From contig MTLY02000001.1 in assembly GCA_002011035.2 (NCBI GenBank), positions 256,001 to 320,000 on the forward strand: a DNA stretch of 64,000 nucleotides, read 5' to 3'. A program made the translations under genes and the position numbers. The first letter of the stretch is position 1. Every line of letters starts with the position of its first letter. Below are positions 1 through 9,222 of the stretch, piece by piece. The notes beneath the pieces are model-generated. The model had not been told where the DNA came from and made no database searches. It worked only from the letters and a program-made list of their open reading frames with translations. The stretch comes from Candidatus Hecatella orcuttiae (lineage in GTDB: Archaea > Thermoproteota > Bathyarchaeia > Hecatellales > Hecatellaceae).

Positions 1-651
1 GAGGCCGCTTTCACTCACCACAACCGCCCCGGGGCACGCTACTCGAACCTCCGGCAGCAGCCTCTCCGTCACCTTCAGGTCGACTTGGAAAGTGGTCAGG
101 TTTCGGTTGTTCACCCCCACCAGCTTAGGGTGGAGGGAAGCAGTCTTCTCCAAGTCCTTCGGGTCATGGATTTCCACCAAGGGCTCCAGTCCGAGGGAGA
201 GGACGAGGCGGTGGAACTCCTCCAGCCTGGGACATAAGGACGCCACTAGGAGGACGGAGTCAGCCCCTGCCTCGAAAGCATGGTAAATCTGCCGTTCGTC
301 TAGGATGAAGTCCTTCATCAGAATGGGAACCTGAGGGAAGGCCGCCTTCACCCTCCTGAGGTTTTCCATGCTTCCCCCGAAGAAATCCGGCTCGGTGAGG
401 ACGCTGAGCCCCACGGCTCCGCCCTGGAGCATTTCCCCCGCCACCTCTTCCACGGAACCTATCTTCCGCAGAGGACCCTGCATCGGGGAGGCTGGCTTGA
501 CCTCGGCTATCACCGGCACCTTGGAGCAGCCTCGGATGGCTTCGGTCAGGCTCACCCTCGGCCGGCGGCTTCCTCCGCTCGGCTGGTAGGCTCGGTAGTC
601 TCTGTCGACTCTTCGCCTTACGGATTCGAGGATTTCTTCCATCCTAATCAT
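1..651 (-). CDS. trpC: indole-3-glycerol phosphate synthase (3' end runs off the window)
   Basis: Not in the ORF track. Manual minus-strand translation from ATG 651/642 gives VIAEVKPASP, LSVLTEPDFFGGS, PILMKDFILDERQI, GVNNRNL, VVSESG. Start overlaps the end of trpD. Confidence 0.93.
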   Translation of the reverse strand, partial: MIRMEEILESVRRRVDRDYRAYQPSGGSRRPRVSLTEAIRGCSKVPVIAEVKPASPMQGPLRKIGSVEEVAGEMLQGGAVGLSVLTEPDFFGGSMENLRRVKAAFPQVPILMKDFILDERQIYHAFEAGADSVLLVASLCPRLEEFHRLVLSLGLEPLVEIHDPKDLEKTASLHPKLVGVNNRNLTTFQVDLKVTERLLPEVRVACPGAVVVSESGL

Positions 652-1696
652 GCTCCAAGGCCTCCAGCTTCCCGGGGTCTCCCCCAGACTCTTTTATGAG
701 AAGTCTAAGTTTTTCCAAGGCCTTTCCTGAGGACAAGGCTTCCCAGGCGAGCTCGAGGCCTTCTTCCACCCTTTCCACCTTGGAGGCGGCTAGGAGGGCG
801 TAGGCGGCGTTGAGGGCAGTCATTTCGGCTTTGGCGTTTCTCACCCCCCCGAGGACCTCCAAACTTTCCCGAAGGTTTTGCTTCAGCTCTCCTCCCCTCA
901 GTTCCTCGACGGTTTTCCCTTCCTCCAACCCAAACTGGCGGGGGTGAACGTCGTAGCTTTTGACGGTTCCATGGTTTAACTCTGCAACGTGGGTCGGCCC
1001 TACGAGGGATACCTCGTCGACTCCTATCAGGCCGTGGACGACGAAGGCTTTCTCCAAGCCCAGCTTCTCTAGGACGGCGGCCAGTTTTTCCACTAGGTCG
1101 AGGCTGTAGACGCCTAGGACCTGAGCCTCCACCGGCGCGGGGTTAGTGAGGGGGCCGAGGATGTTGAAGACGGTTCTGATCTTTATCTCCCTCCGAGGCA
1201 AGAGAGCATGCTTCATAGCTTGGTGAAATTTGGGGGCGAACATGAAGCCCACGCCCACCCTCTCCACGCAGCGTTCCACGGTTTTAGGCTCCGCTTGGAT
1301 GTTGACCCCGAACCCCTCCAAGAGGTCGGCGCTGCCGCAGCGGCTTGAGACAGCCCGGTTGCCATGTTTGGCCACGTATCCCCCGGCTGCGGCTACCGTC
1401 AGGGCTGAGAGGGTGCTGACGTTGAAGGTCTTGACAGGGCTGCCTCCTGTGCCGCAGGTGTCGATGAGGCAACCGGGAACTTTGGGATGGATCTTCACGG
1501 AGAAGCTTCTCATCACCCCGGCGAAGGCGGCTATCTCCTCCACGGTTTCCCCCTTCATCCTCAGGGCCGTCAGGAAGGCGGCTATCTGGGGCGGGGAAGC
1601 CTCGCCGCGGAGAATGGCCCCCATGGCCTCCTCCGCCTCCCCCGGAGTCAGGCTCCTTCCCTCCACCACCTTCACTAGGGCGTCGGCTAGGCTCAC
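644..1696 (-). CDS. trpD: anthranilate phosphoribosyltransferase
   Basis: DTCGTGG, FNVST, KHGNRAVSSRCGSAD and RTVFNILGPLTNP motifs. Confidence 0.97.
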   Translation of the reverse strand: MSLADALVKVVEGRSLTPGEAEEAMGAILRGEASPPQIAAFLTALRMKGETVEEIAAFAGVMRSFSVKIHPKVPGCLIDTCGTGGSPVKTFNVSTLSALTVAAAGGYVAKHGNRAVSSRCGSADLLEGFGVNIQAEPKTVERCVERVGVGFMFAPKFHQAMKHALLPRREIKIRTVFNILGPLTNPAPVEAQVLGVYSLDLVEKLAAVLEKLGLEKAFVVHGLIGVDEVSLVGPTHVAELNHGTVKSYDVHPRQFGLEEGKTVEELRGGELKQNLRESLEVLGGVRNAKAEMTALNAAYALLAASKVERVEEGLELAWEALSSGKALEKLRLLIKESGGDPGKLEALEHD

Positions 1697-1887
1697 CGGC
1701 CGCAGCCTCCAACCTCTAAGGTTGTTGCGAAGAAAAATCTGGTAGGTAAGGAAAGAAAGAGCCGCAAGAGGAGGGGGGAGGGTAATCTAAAACTGCAGGA
1801 GGCTTTGGGAAGGTTTATCTCCAGTCCAGCTGGTGCACTCGCTCCCCACCGTCAAAACTACTGTATCAGAGAACAATTCTTATTTAA
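1697..1887 (-). promoter_or_regulatory. trpD promoter and ~160-nt leader with Trp-codon uORF(s), pyrimidine tract and anti-SD segments
   Basis: TTAAATAA at 1887-1880; uORF MHQLDWR* at 1838-1815; AGCCUCC (1804-1798) is complementary to the trpD SD region GGAGGCU (1710-1704). Confidence 0.5.
1815..1838 (-). CDS. putative trp leader peptide MHQLDWR
   Basis: GTG CAC CAG CTG GAC TGG AGA TAA, preceded by the G-rich SD-like GGTGGGGAG. Confidence 0.4.
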   Translation of the reverse strand: MHQLDWR

Positions 1888-1931
1888 GGCTTATGCGTAG
1901 GCTTCTGTTTCACGCTCTCTTTTCCGCGGTT

Positions 1932-3032
1932 TTAGAGCCTTTCTGTCACCAGCCGCTCTAGAGCGTTGATGAGAGCTTGGTTTTCCTCAGGGGTTCGGAC
2001 GCAGAACCTGAGGCAGTCTCCCAGCCCCGAGGCCTCGTCGAAGCTCCGGGGGACTATTCCCTGCTGGAGCAGCCTCCTGTAGGCTTCCGGAGCTGGAGGA
2101 GTCTTAAACCGGATGAGGATGAAGTTGGCTTGGGAAGGATAGACTTGAAGGCCTGGGATGACTTGGAGGGCTTTGATGAGCCGCTCCCTCTCCTCCGTCA
2201 CCCACTGGACGTTTCTTCGGAGGAGTTCCAAGTTCTCCAACGCCAGCCCAGCGAGGGCTAGGGAGATAACACTCAGGCTGTTGGGCGGCCTTACCTTGTT
2301 GAGCAGCCGGACGGTTTTCTCGTGGGCGACCATGTAGCCCACCCGAGCTCCAGCGAGGGAGAAGGCTTTAGAAAACGTCCTGATGACTATTAGGTTCTCG
2401 TAGGCGTCCACCAAGTCCACCACCGTCCGGCCGCAGAACTCGGCGTAGGACTCGTCCACCACCAGCGGGCAGCCGGACTCCTCCAAAACCTTCATGATGT
2501 CGGAGCGGTCTGTCAGGTTTCCAGTGGGGTTGTTGGGGCTGCAGATGAAAACCAGCCTAGTCTGGCGGCTGCAGGCCTCCAGCAAGGCGTCCACGTCCTC
2601 CGAGAAGTCTTCCCTCCGAGGAGCTAGAACCAGTCTTCCTCCCATCACCTCGACAATAGTGCTGTAGAAAGAGTAGGTGGGCTTTGAAGCTAAAGCCTCG
2701 GTGCCTGGGTCGATGAAAGTTTTAGCCACGATGTCCAAGGCCTCATCCGCACCCGTGGTCACGGTTAACTGTTCCACCCTCCGCCCCAGATATTTGGCGA
2801 GGCCTTCTCGAAGCTGGGTGTAAGACGTGTCCGGGTAATCGTTCACCCCAAGCCCGGGCAGCAACTCAGCCAGCTTCGACAAAAGCTCCTTGGGGGGGCT
2901 GGGCATGGTGTTGGTGTCAAACCGGAGCACTTGCTCCTTTCTTAGGCCCAGTTTTTTTGAAAGCTCGTCGGTGGAAGGCTCCCACTGGTAGGGTCTGAGG
3001 GTCTTCACAGCTTCCCTTATCTTCATGCTCAT
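1932..3032 (-). CDS. hisC: histidinol-phosphate aminotransferase
   Basis: GADEA, CSPNNPTG, VVDESY, RTFSKAFSLAGARVGY (PLP Lys), SQANF. Confidence 0.93.
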   Translation of the reverse strand: MSMKIREAVKTLRPYQWEPSTDELSKKLGLRKEQVLRFDTNTMPSPPKELLSKLAELLPGLGVNDYPDTSYTQLREGLAKYLGRRVEQLTVTTGADEALDIVAKTFIDPGTEALASKPTYSFYSTIVEVMGGRLVLAPRREDFSEDVDALLEACSRQTRLVFICSPNNPTGNLTDRSDIMKVLEESGCPLVVDESYAEFCGRTVVDLVDAYENLIVIRTFSKAFSLAGARVGYMVAHEKTVRLLNKVRPPNSLSVISLALAGLALENLELLRRNVQWVTEERERLIKALQVIPGLQVYPSQANFILIRFKTPPAPEAYRRLLQQGIVPRSFDEASGLGDCLRFCVRTPEENQALINALERLVTERL

Positions 3033-3200
3033 ACTCTAAGCCTGCCTCCAGTGTTAGATGAAAGAAAACTGGTAGAAAAACCCTTACATGACCCCCCAGT
3101 TGGCAGCCGGCTTCGGCGCTAGATTTATGTCCTTCCAAAACCTTCTCCCTCTAACCTCAGGGCTGAAGACTTCTCCCTGAAAACAAAGGACCTGAAAAAA

Positions 3201-4211
3201 TTGAGGACCCTTGTGCCTCCGAGCCATGTCTACCTCAGAGACAACATCGCGGCCAAGGGGAACCCTTTCGGAGCCCCTGCCAAGGCTAGGGCTGAGTGGG
3301 CTCAGGGGTTGAATCTGCCTTCCAATGGAGAATGCTTCTTTTTTGCAGGCTGCGGCTACCAGTTCATGGACCGCGCGGAGACATGGTTGAAAGCTGTCCG
3401 AGGCTTAGAGAAAAGAGGCCTGCCTGTCGAACGGGTCTTGGGTGTGTCCAAAACTCTCAAAAAGGTAGGTGTGGACTTGGCCGGAGTCTACGGGAAACTA
3501 GCCGGCTCGGGGAAGACTACCGCCTACATCAACGCCCTCATCAGCGCCGTCAATGTCCTGAGAAAACTGGGAGTAAACCCCGCTTACCTCTACGATAAAG
3601 AACCTTGCTGCGGCTCACCCTTGTACTCTTCAGGCTTTGAGGAGGACTTTGCTGAAAACGCCCGCCGAACCTACCGGCTGTTGAAGTCCTTGGGGGTGAG
3701 GAAGCTGATAAGCCTTGTGCCCGCCTGCACTCACACGCTGCGAAACCTCTACCCCAGATACGTGGACGGCTTCGACCTAGAGGTCAGGCACTTCTTGGAA
3801 GAGGTTGCCGGCAGGCTGAAAAATGCCGGCATCCAGCCGGCCTTGAAAGAAGAGATGGAGCTGACTTTCCACGACCCTTGCCAGCTGGCTAGGTTCCTAG
3901 GCATCACCCAAGAGCCCAGAGAAATCTTAAGCAGAGTGAGAAATCTGAGGCTCAGGGAAGTTACGTCCACAAGCAGAGAGCGAACCACCTGCTGCGGCGG
4001 CGGGGGAGGCGTGGAGTTCACCTTCCCCGAATTGAGCGGAATGCTGGCTGAGGAGAGGATGAAAGAGCTCCTCGAAACAAAGGCCTCCGTCATCGCCACC
4101 CACTGCCCCGCCTGCCTACTACAGCTCAGGGAAGCCCGGGAGAGGATGAGGGCTCAAGTCCAAGTTTTAGACATAGCCCAAGTTTTGGACAAAGCCTTGC
4201 GGGGAGGTTAA
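3201..4211 (+). CDS. CCG-domain (Fe-S)-binding oxidoreductase subunit (GlpC/HdrD/LutA-like)
   Basis: FAGC, EPCCGSP, FHDPCQLAR, CCGGGGG, CPAC; start codon uncertain. Confidence 0.85.
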   Translation: MRTLVPPSHVYLRDNIAAKGNPFGAPAKARAEWAQGLNLPSNGECFFFAGCGYQFMDRAETWLKAVRGLEKRGLPVERVLGVSKTLKKVGVDLAGVYGKLAGSGKTTAYINALISAVNVLRKLGVNPAYLYDKEPCCGSPLYSSGFEEDFAENARRTYRLLKSLGVRKLISLVPACTHTLRNLYPRYVDGFDLEVRHFLEEVAGRLKNAGIQPALKEEMELTFHDPCQLARFLGITQEPREILSRVRNLRLREVTSTSRERTTCCGGGGGVEFTFPELSGMLAEERMKELLETKASVIATHCPACLLQLREARERMRAQVQVLDIAQVLDKALRGG

Positions 4212-4216
4212 AAAAG

Positions 4217-5452
4217 ATGGACCCTCAGGAAACCTTCGCCAAGGAATACCGGGCTAGGCTTATGCAGGCGGCTAGGGATGAGAAAATCAAGCGCGCCCTC
4301 TCCCGAGCCATAGCCTCCTTCAGAAAAAACGTGGACACAGCCCTTTCAGCCTTCCCCCACACGGTGAAGCTGACCAGGGAGGTCCGGAGGATCAAGGAGG
4401 AATCCGTAGAGCGGATGGAGGAGCTTGTGGAAGCCGCAGCCACCTCGGTGAGGAAAGCGAAGGGAGAAGCCTACTTGGCCAAAGACGGAAGGGAGGCTGA
4501 AAAAATCATCGGGGAACTGGTGGGAAGCGGTAAGTTGGTGGTCAAGTCCAAAAGCCTGACCGGGGAGGAAATAGAGCTACGGCAGTACCTGGAAAGGCGG
4601 GGCAACCAGGTTTACGAAACAGACCTAGGAGAGTTCATCGTCCAGCAGCTCGACATCAAGCCCATGCACATCCTCAACCCTTCCATCCATGTGCCCCGGG
4701 AAGCGGTGGCTGAAATGTTGAGAAAGCTAACAGGGGAGGAGGTGCCCCCGGATATAGCTGAAGAGGTTCAGGTGGTAAGGCGGCTGCTTCGGGGCAAGTT
4801 TTTCGAAGCTCACGTGGGAATCAGCGGAGCCAACGTGGTTTCAGCCGACACGGGAAGCCTTTTCATCTTGGAAAACGAGGGAAACGCCCGGCTGGCCACG
4901 GGAGCCCCTCCGAAGCACATAGCCCTCGTGGGCATGGAGAAGGTGGTCCCCACCCTCCAAGACGCTTGGAAGGTGGCGGAGGTAACTTGGCGCTACGCCG
5001 GCTATGCTGCTCCCTCCTACCTCAACATGATCACGGGGCCCAGTAAGACGGGAGACATTGAGAAGGCGATAACCTACGGCGTCCACGGCCCCCGAGAGCT
5101 TCATGTGGTCTTCCTCGACAACGGCCGCCTGAATTTTTCAAGACACCCGGTTTTGAAGGAAGCCCTCTACTGTCTTCGGTGTGGAAACTGCCTCTACGAA
5201 TGCCCAGTTTTCTCCCTCACGGCAGGATACTTCGGGGACAGATATTTTGGAGGAATAGGCGCTGTGTGGGCGGCTATAGTTTCAGGGGACATCTACGGGG
5301 AGGAATTTTACAGGGCGATCCCCCTGAGCTACACCTGCCTAACCTGCGGCCGATGCAAGGTAAGATGCCCTGTGGAAATCGACGTGCCTGAAATGATCGT
5401 GGAACTGAGAAAGCTGGCTGTGAGAAGGTTTTTGGAGAAACCCCCAAGCTAA
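4217..5452 (+). CDS. LUD-domain 4Fe-4S protein (LutB/LldF-like lactate utilization protein)
   Basis: KSKSLTGEEI, ETDLGEFIVQ, ENEGNAR, ITGPSKTGDIE, HGPRELHVV, CLRCGNCLYECP, CLTCGRCKVRCP. Confidence 0.88.
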   Translation: MDPQETFAKEYRARLMQAARDEKIKRALSRAIASFRKNVDTALSAFPHTVKLTREVRRIKEESVERMEELVEAAATSVRKAKGEAYLAKDGREAEKIIGELVGSGKLVVKSKSLTGEEIELRQYLERRGNQVYETDLGEFIVQQLDIKPMHILNPSIHVPREAVAEMLRKLTGEEVPPDIAEEVQVVRRLLRGKFFEAHVGISGANVVSADTGSLFILENEGNARLATGAPPKHIALVGMEKVVPTLQDAWKVAEVTWRYAGYAAPSYLNMITGPSKTGDIEKAITYGVHGPRELHVVFLDNGRLNFSRHPVLKEALYCLRCGNCLYECPVFSLTAGYFGDRYFGGIGAVWAAIVSGDIYGEEFYRAIPLSYTCLTCGRCKVRCPVEIDVPEMIVELRKLAVRRFLEKPPS

Positions 5453-6738
5453 AACAGGCCTGCCAGAAACGTCGAGATTAAAAAGGCGTCCAAGACCAGC
5501 AGGACTCCGAAAATCAGCCATCCGGCCGCTCTGAAATGCATTTTGTTGGCGGCGTCTCTGAGCAGTTCACGGCTGTTGGCCGTAGTGAGGATGAGGAGCA
5601 TGACTAGGGGGCTGAAGATGAAGGATATGACCATGGAGTAAACCATAGCTTGAATGGGTGTGACACCCAAAAGGAGAACCGCGTAGCCGATGATGAAGCA
5701 GGCTGTGAAGGTCAGATAAAAATGGAAGGCCTCCGCCACCTTCTTGTTCAGCCCCCTTTCCACTCCGAAGAATTCTCCGAAGGCATAGCCGGAGCTACTG
5801 ACCACCACTCCGGTGCCGATGACGGAGGAGGCGAAAAAGCCTATGGAGAAGAGGATGAAGGTGGCAGCCCCGAGATAGGGAAACAAAGCCAAGGCAGCAT
5901 CCCTAGGTGTGTCCACAGTGATCCCAAGGGGGTGCAGAACCGTGGCTGTGACCACAACGATGGCGAAGGCTTCAATGCCGGAAACGGTGATCCCGAGAAC
6001 CGAGCCGGTTCTCCCCAGTTTCAAGTCCTTAAGCTTGACGCCTTTATCCACGAGGGCTGAAGTCAGGTAGAACTGCATGTAGGGAGAGATAGTCGCTCCG
6101 ATGACAGCTGCCGAGAAAAGCAAATAATCAGGGGTCGGCTTGTGAACGATCCAAAAGGTACCTGCAGCCACAGCCTCAGGGGAAGGCTTAGCCATGAAGG
6201 CTACTGCTACATAGGCTAGGAGGGTTAAGCTTACCACGGAGAAAATTCTCTCCACCGGACTGTAACCTTTCTTCAGCAGGAAAGCCCAAACGCTGAAAGC
6301 TAGGATGGGAGATAAAACCACGTAGGGCGTGTAGAGGCCTAGGGAGCCTAGGAGAAGCTCCAGCCCAGCAGCCATGCCGGCTATTTGAGCCACGATGGTG
6401 GCAAAGTTCACGGTTAGAAGACCCAGCAGATAGGTGAATCCTACCCTGATGCCGAATCTTTCCCGGGCATGTTCTATCAGCCCTTTACCCGTGCCCACAG
6501 CGATCCTCACGCACATGTCTTGGATGAAAACGGAAAAAACTAGAGCTAAAAGTAGCGCCCACAAAACCGAGTGCCCATAGAGGGCCCCTGCAGAGGCAAG
6601 GCTTCCGATACTCGCCGCGTCGTTCCCAGCAGATCCCACGATGAGCCCTGGGGCAACAAGCCAGAGGAGATGTCTCACCCGCTTCGCTCGAGGAAAAATG
6701 CCTCTCTTGGCTTTCTTACCTCTTTTGGCAGTTTTCAA
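5449..6738 (-). CDS. NRAMP-family divalent metal transporter (NRMT/Mg2+-type signature)
   Basis: APGLIV..AGNDAAS, GALYG..LW, QDMCVRIAVGTGKGL, GATISPY; many TM segments. Confidence 0.85.
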   Translation of the reverse strand: MKTAKRGKKAKRGIFPRAKRVRHLLWLVAPGLIVGSAGNDAASIGSLASAGALYGHSVLWALLLALVFSVFIQDMCVRIAVGTGKGLIEHARERFGIRVGFTYLLGLLTVNFATIVAQIAGMAAGLELLLGSLGLYTPYVVLSPILAFSVWAFLLKKGYSPVERIFSVVSLTLLAYVAVAFMAKPSPEAVAAGTFWIVHKPTPDYLLFSAAVIGATISPYMQFYLTSALVDKGVKLKDLKLGRTGSVLGITVSGIEAFAIVVVTATVLHPLGITVDTPRDAALALFPYLGAATFILFSIGFFASSVIGTGVVVSSSGYAFGEFFGVERGLNKKVAEAFHFYLTFTACFIIGYAVLLLGVTPIQAMVYSMVISFIFSPLVMLLILTTANSRELLRDAANKMHFRAAGWLIFGVLLVLDAFLISTFLAGLF

Positions 6739-6747
6739 GGTCTTCCA

Positions 6748-7146
6748 CTAGTCTAAGTTCACTTCAAACCTGAATTCGGTCTCCTCCGTAGATATGATGA
6801 CCAGCAACTCCTTACTGGTTGAAACACCGTGAATGAGAATAGTCTCACCTGGAGAGTTCAAGGTGGTAGCTCCCCAAACGCGGGGGCTTGGTCGATAGGT
6901 TCCAGGCTTTTCCGGGTCTGGCTCCAGAACCTCCAATCGGGCGGGAAGCGAGGCTTCAGGGGAGGTCTTAACCCGTAGGTCAGCGTGGTCTCCGTCCCAC
7001 CAAGCCTTGACGGTGAAGCCTCCTGCGGAAGCTGTGTAGGAGTTTTCCGTCAAAGTTAGCGCTGAGGCGGTTAACCCGGTGGTGATAAGGATGATGAAAG
7101 GCAGCACTACAGCTAGGCTGTGAACATCAAACCTGTAAGCGCTCAA
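6748..7146 (-). CDS. hypothetical membrane-anchored protein
   Basis: N-terminal hydrophobic helix; ends 9 nt before the NRAMP gene on the same strand. Confidence 0.55.
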   Translation of the reverse strand: MSAYRFDVHSLAVVLPFIILITTGLTASALTLTENSYTASAGGFTVKAWWDGDHADLRVKTSPEASLPARLEVLEPDPEKPGTYRPSPRVWGATTLNSPGETILIHGVSTSKELLVIISTEETEFRFEVNLD

Positions 7147-7287
7147 AGCCCATTCAACCTAGAAACAGTTCTCACTATTAGACTGATAGGTTTTTCGAAC
7201 CCATCCTGCTGGCAAAGGAAAGAAATAATTACTTCTCCCCAACATTCATGGAGGTTAAATCCGGCTGCGAAATGGAGGGTTAACCCC

Positions 7288-7893
7288 GTGAGGCTGTGCG
7301 AAAACTTCTTAGGGAAGACCGTTGTGACGGCGGAAGGTGAAAAGCTGGGAAAACTCTACGACATCATAGTGGACCCCAAACATGTCTTCCCTAAGATTGA
7401 CTTCATCGTCGTCAGAGCTCGAAGGCGGAATTCGGAGAGAATTTCCCTACGCAAGATAATCCGCTCAGTCAAACTTGGGCGGAAAAGTTTTCTCTACATT
7501 CCATGGAAATATGTGGATGAAGTGGAAAGGAAACGAATCCTCCTCCGGGTGAACGCTGAAAGGCTGGAGGAGATGTGGGATGAATTTTCAGAATTCAAAA
7601 ACGCCAAAAAGAAATATTCGCTGGTCAAGGACGTTCTGGACGAGCAGGTTGTAGATTCTGACGGCCGTTTTATCGACAGGGTTGACGATGTGAAAATTGA
7701 GCAGGTAGGTCGAACTTTGAGGGTCATAGGCTTGGACATAGGGATTGAAGGGGTGCTGGAAAGATTGGGGTTCGAGAGAATCTTGAAGAACATCGGAATA
7801 AAGCTTCCGGAAAAAATGATCCCTTGGTATCTGGTCAAACTATCTAAGAGAGCTAGGAGGATTCAGTTAAAAGTTCCAGGAGAAATCCTGTGA
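7288..7893 (+). CDS. tandem PRC-barrel protein (resembles the N-terminus of MgtE-associated cytosolic proteins)
   Basis: Two repeats: LGKTVVTAEGEKLGKLYDIIVD and VLDEQVVDSDGRFIDRVDDV; SD GGAGGG before GTG 7288. Confidence 0.8.
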   Translation: MRLCENFLGKTVVTAEGEKLGKLYDIIVDPKHVFPKIDFIVVRARRRNSERISLRKIIRSVKLGRKSFLYIPWKYVDEVERKRILLRVNAERLEEMWDEFSEFKNAKKKYSLVKDVLDEQVVDSDGRFIDRVDDVKIEQVGRTLRVIGLDIGIEGVLERLGFERILKNIGIKLPEKMIPWYLVKLSKRARRIQLKVPGEIL

Positions 7894-7992
7894 AACATCC
7901 CTTTAACCCCTGCGCTTTTAAGAAGAACAATTTTTATAACTTCCCCTGAGCTATGAAAAGCGATTCAGAACTCCCTAGGCCGGGTTAATCGG

Positions 7993-9222
7993 TTGTTTCA
8001 CCTCGAATGCATCGGATGCCATGAAAAATTCGGCGGAGAAAAAGTCATCTACGTCTGTGAAAGATGCGGAGACCTGCTTGACGTTAAATACGATTATCTG
8101 GAACTGGAGTCAAAGCTCCGCTCCAAGGAATGGGAGAAACAGCCGCTCTCCGTGTGGAAGTACAAGGACTTCCTCCCAATCTTAGACCTCTCCAAGGTGG
8201 TTTCTCTAGGAGAGGGGGGAACGCGTCTCTACGAGTGCAGTCGGCTGGGACGGAGGCTGGGGGTTAAGAAGCTTTACGTCAAAAATGAGGGAGACAATCC
8301 CACAGGCTCTTTCAAGGACAGAGGCATGACCGTGGGGGTGACCAAGGCTTTAGAATACGGAAGGAAGGCGGTTCTCTGCGCTTCCACGGGGAACACTTCC
8401 GCATCCCTAGCCGCCTACGCTGCCAAAGCAGGGCTACGCTGCGTGGTGGTGGTTCCGTCCAAAAAAATAGCTCGGGGTAAACTGGTTCAAGCGGTGGCCT
8501 ACGGCGCCCAGCTTATTCCGGTGAAGGGAGGATTCGACGACGCCTTGAAGATCGTGTTGAAGCTTTCCCAAGCCAGGAAAGACCTCTATCTGCTTAACTC
8601 CATCAACCCTTACAGGATTGAGGGGCAGAAAACCTTGGCCTACGAGATCGCAGACGGCCTTCGGGGGAGGCCTCCAGACAAGGTCTTCATTCCCGTGGGC
8701 AACGCCGGGAACATCAGCGCCCTCTGGAAGGGCTTCAAAGAATATAGACGCCTAAATCTCATAGACAGCCTGCCTCAGACTATAGGGATTCAAGCCGTGG
8801 GCGCTGCGCCCATTGCCGAGGCGGTTAAATCAGGGTCGGAGACGGTGAAGCCTAAATCGCACCCTGAGACGGTAGCTACCGCCATTCGCATAGGCTCCCC
8901 TGTAAGCTGGAAGAAGGCGCTTCAAGCCATATGGGAGTCGCGGGGAACAGCGGAAACAGTGACCGATGGTGAAATCATGGAAGCTCAAAGGATGCTGGCC
9001 AGTCAGGAGGGGCTGTTCGTTGAACCTGCCAGCGCCTCCACCATCGCAGGCTTGAAGAAGCTGGTGGAAGAGGGTGTGGTGGGGAGAGATGAGGAAGTAG
9101 TCTGCATCGCCACAGGCCACGGGCTCAAGGATCCTGATACGCCCCTAAAATTCAGCGAAAAAGCCGAGGAAGTAGAGGCTGAGGTTGAGGCGGTGGAAAA
9201 AGCCATCGGTGTCTTGAGATGA
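7993..9222 (+). CDS. thrC: threonine synthase
   Basis: N-terminal Zn finger, NPTGSFKDRG, ASTGNTSAS, EGQKT, PVGNAGN, ATGHGLKD. Confidence 0.96.
   Translation: MFHLECIGCHEKFGGEKVIYVCERCGDLLDVKYDYLELESKLRSKEWEKQPLSVWKYKDFLPILDLSKVVSLGEGGTRLYECSRLGRRLGVKKLYVKNEGDNPTGSFKDRGMTVGVTKALEYGRKAVLCASTGNTSASLAAYAAKAGLRCVVVVPSKKIARGKLVQAVAYGAQLIPVKGGFDDALKIVLKLSQARKDLYLLNSINPYRIEGQKTLAYEIADGLRGRPPDKVFIPVGNAGNISALWKGFKEYRRLNLIDSLPQTIGIQAVGAAPIAEAVKSGSETVKPKSHPETVATAIRIGSPVSWKKALQAIWESRGTAETVTDGEIMEAQRMLASQEGLFVEPASASTIAGLKKLVEEGVVGRDEEVVCIATGHGLKDPDTPLKFSEKAEEVEAEVEAVEKAIGVLR

Noticed and set aside
7120-7287. N-terminal extensions given by the ORF track (PRC-barrel gene, PHP, hisH, fprA, dph6)
   Set aside because: They overlap neighbouring genes or promoters. 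Downstream starts fit the SD position and family N-termini better.
7953-7988. uORF MKSDSELPRPG upstream of thrC
   Set aside because: No Thr or Ile codons, and the ATG is probably upstream of the start site predicted from the TATA box at ~7931-7939.
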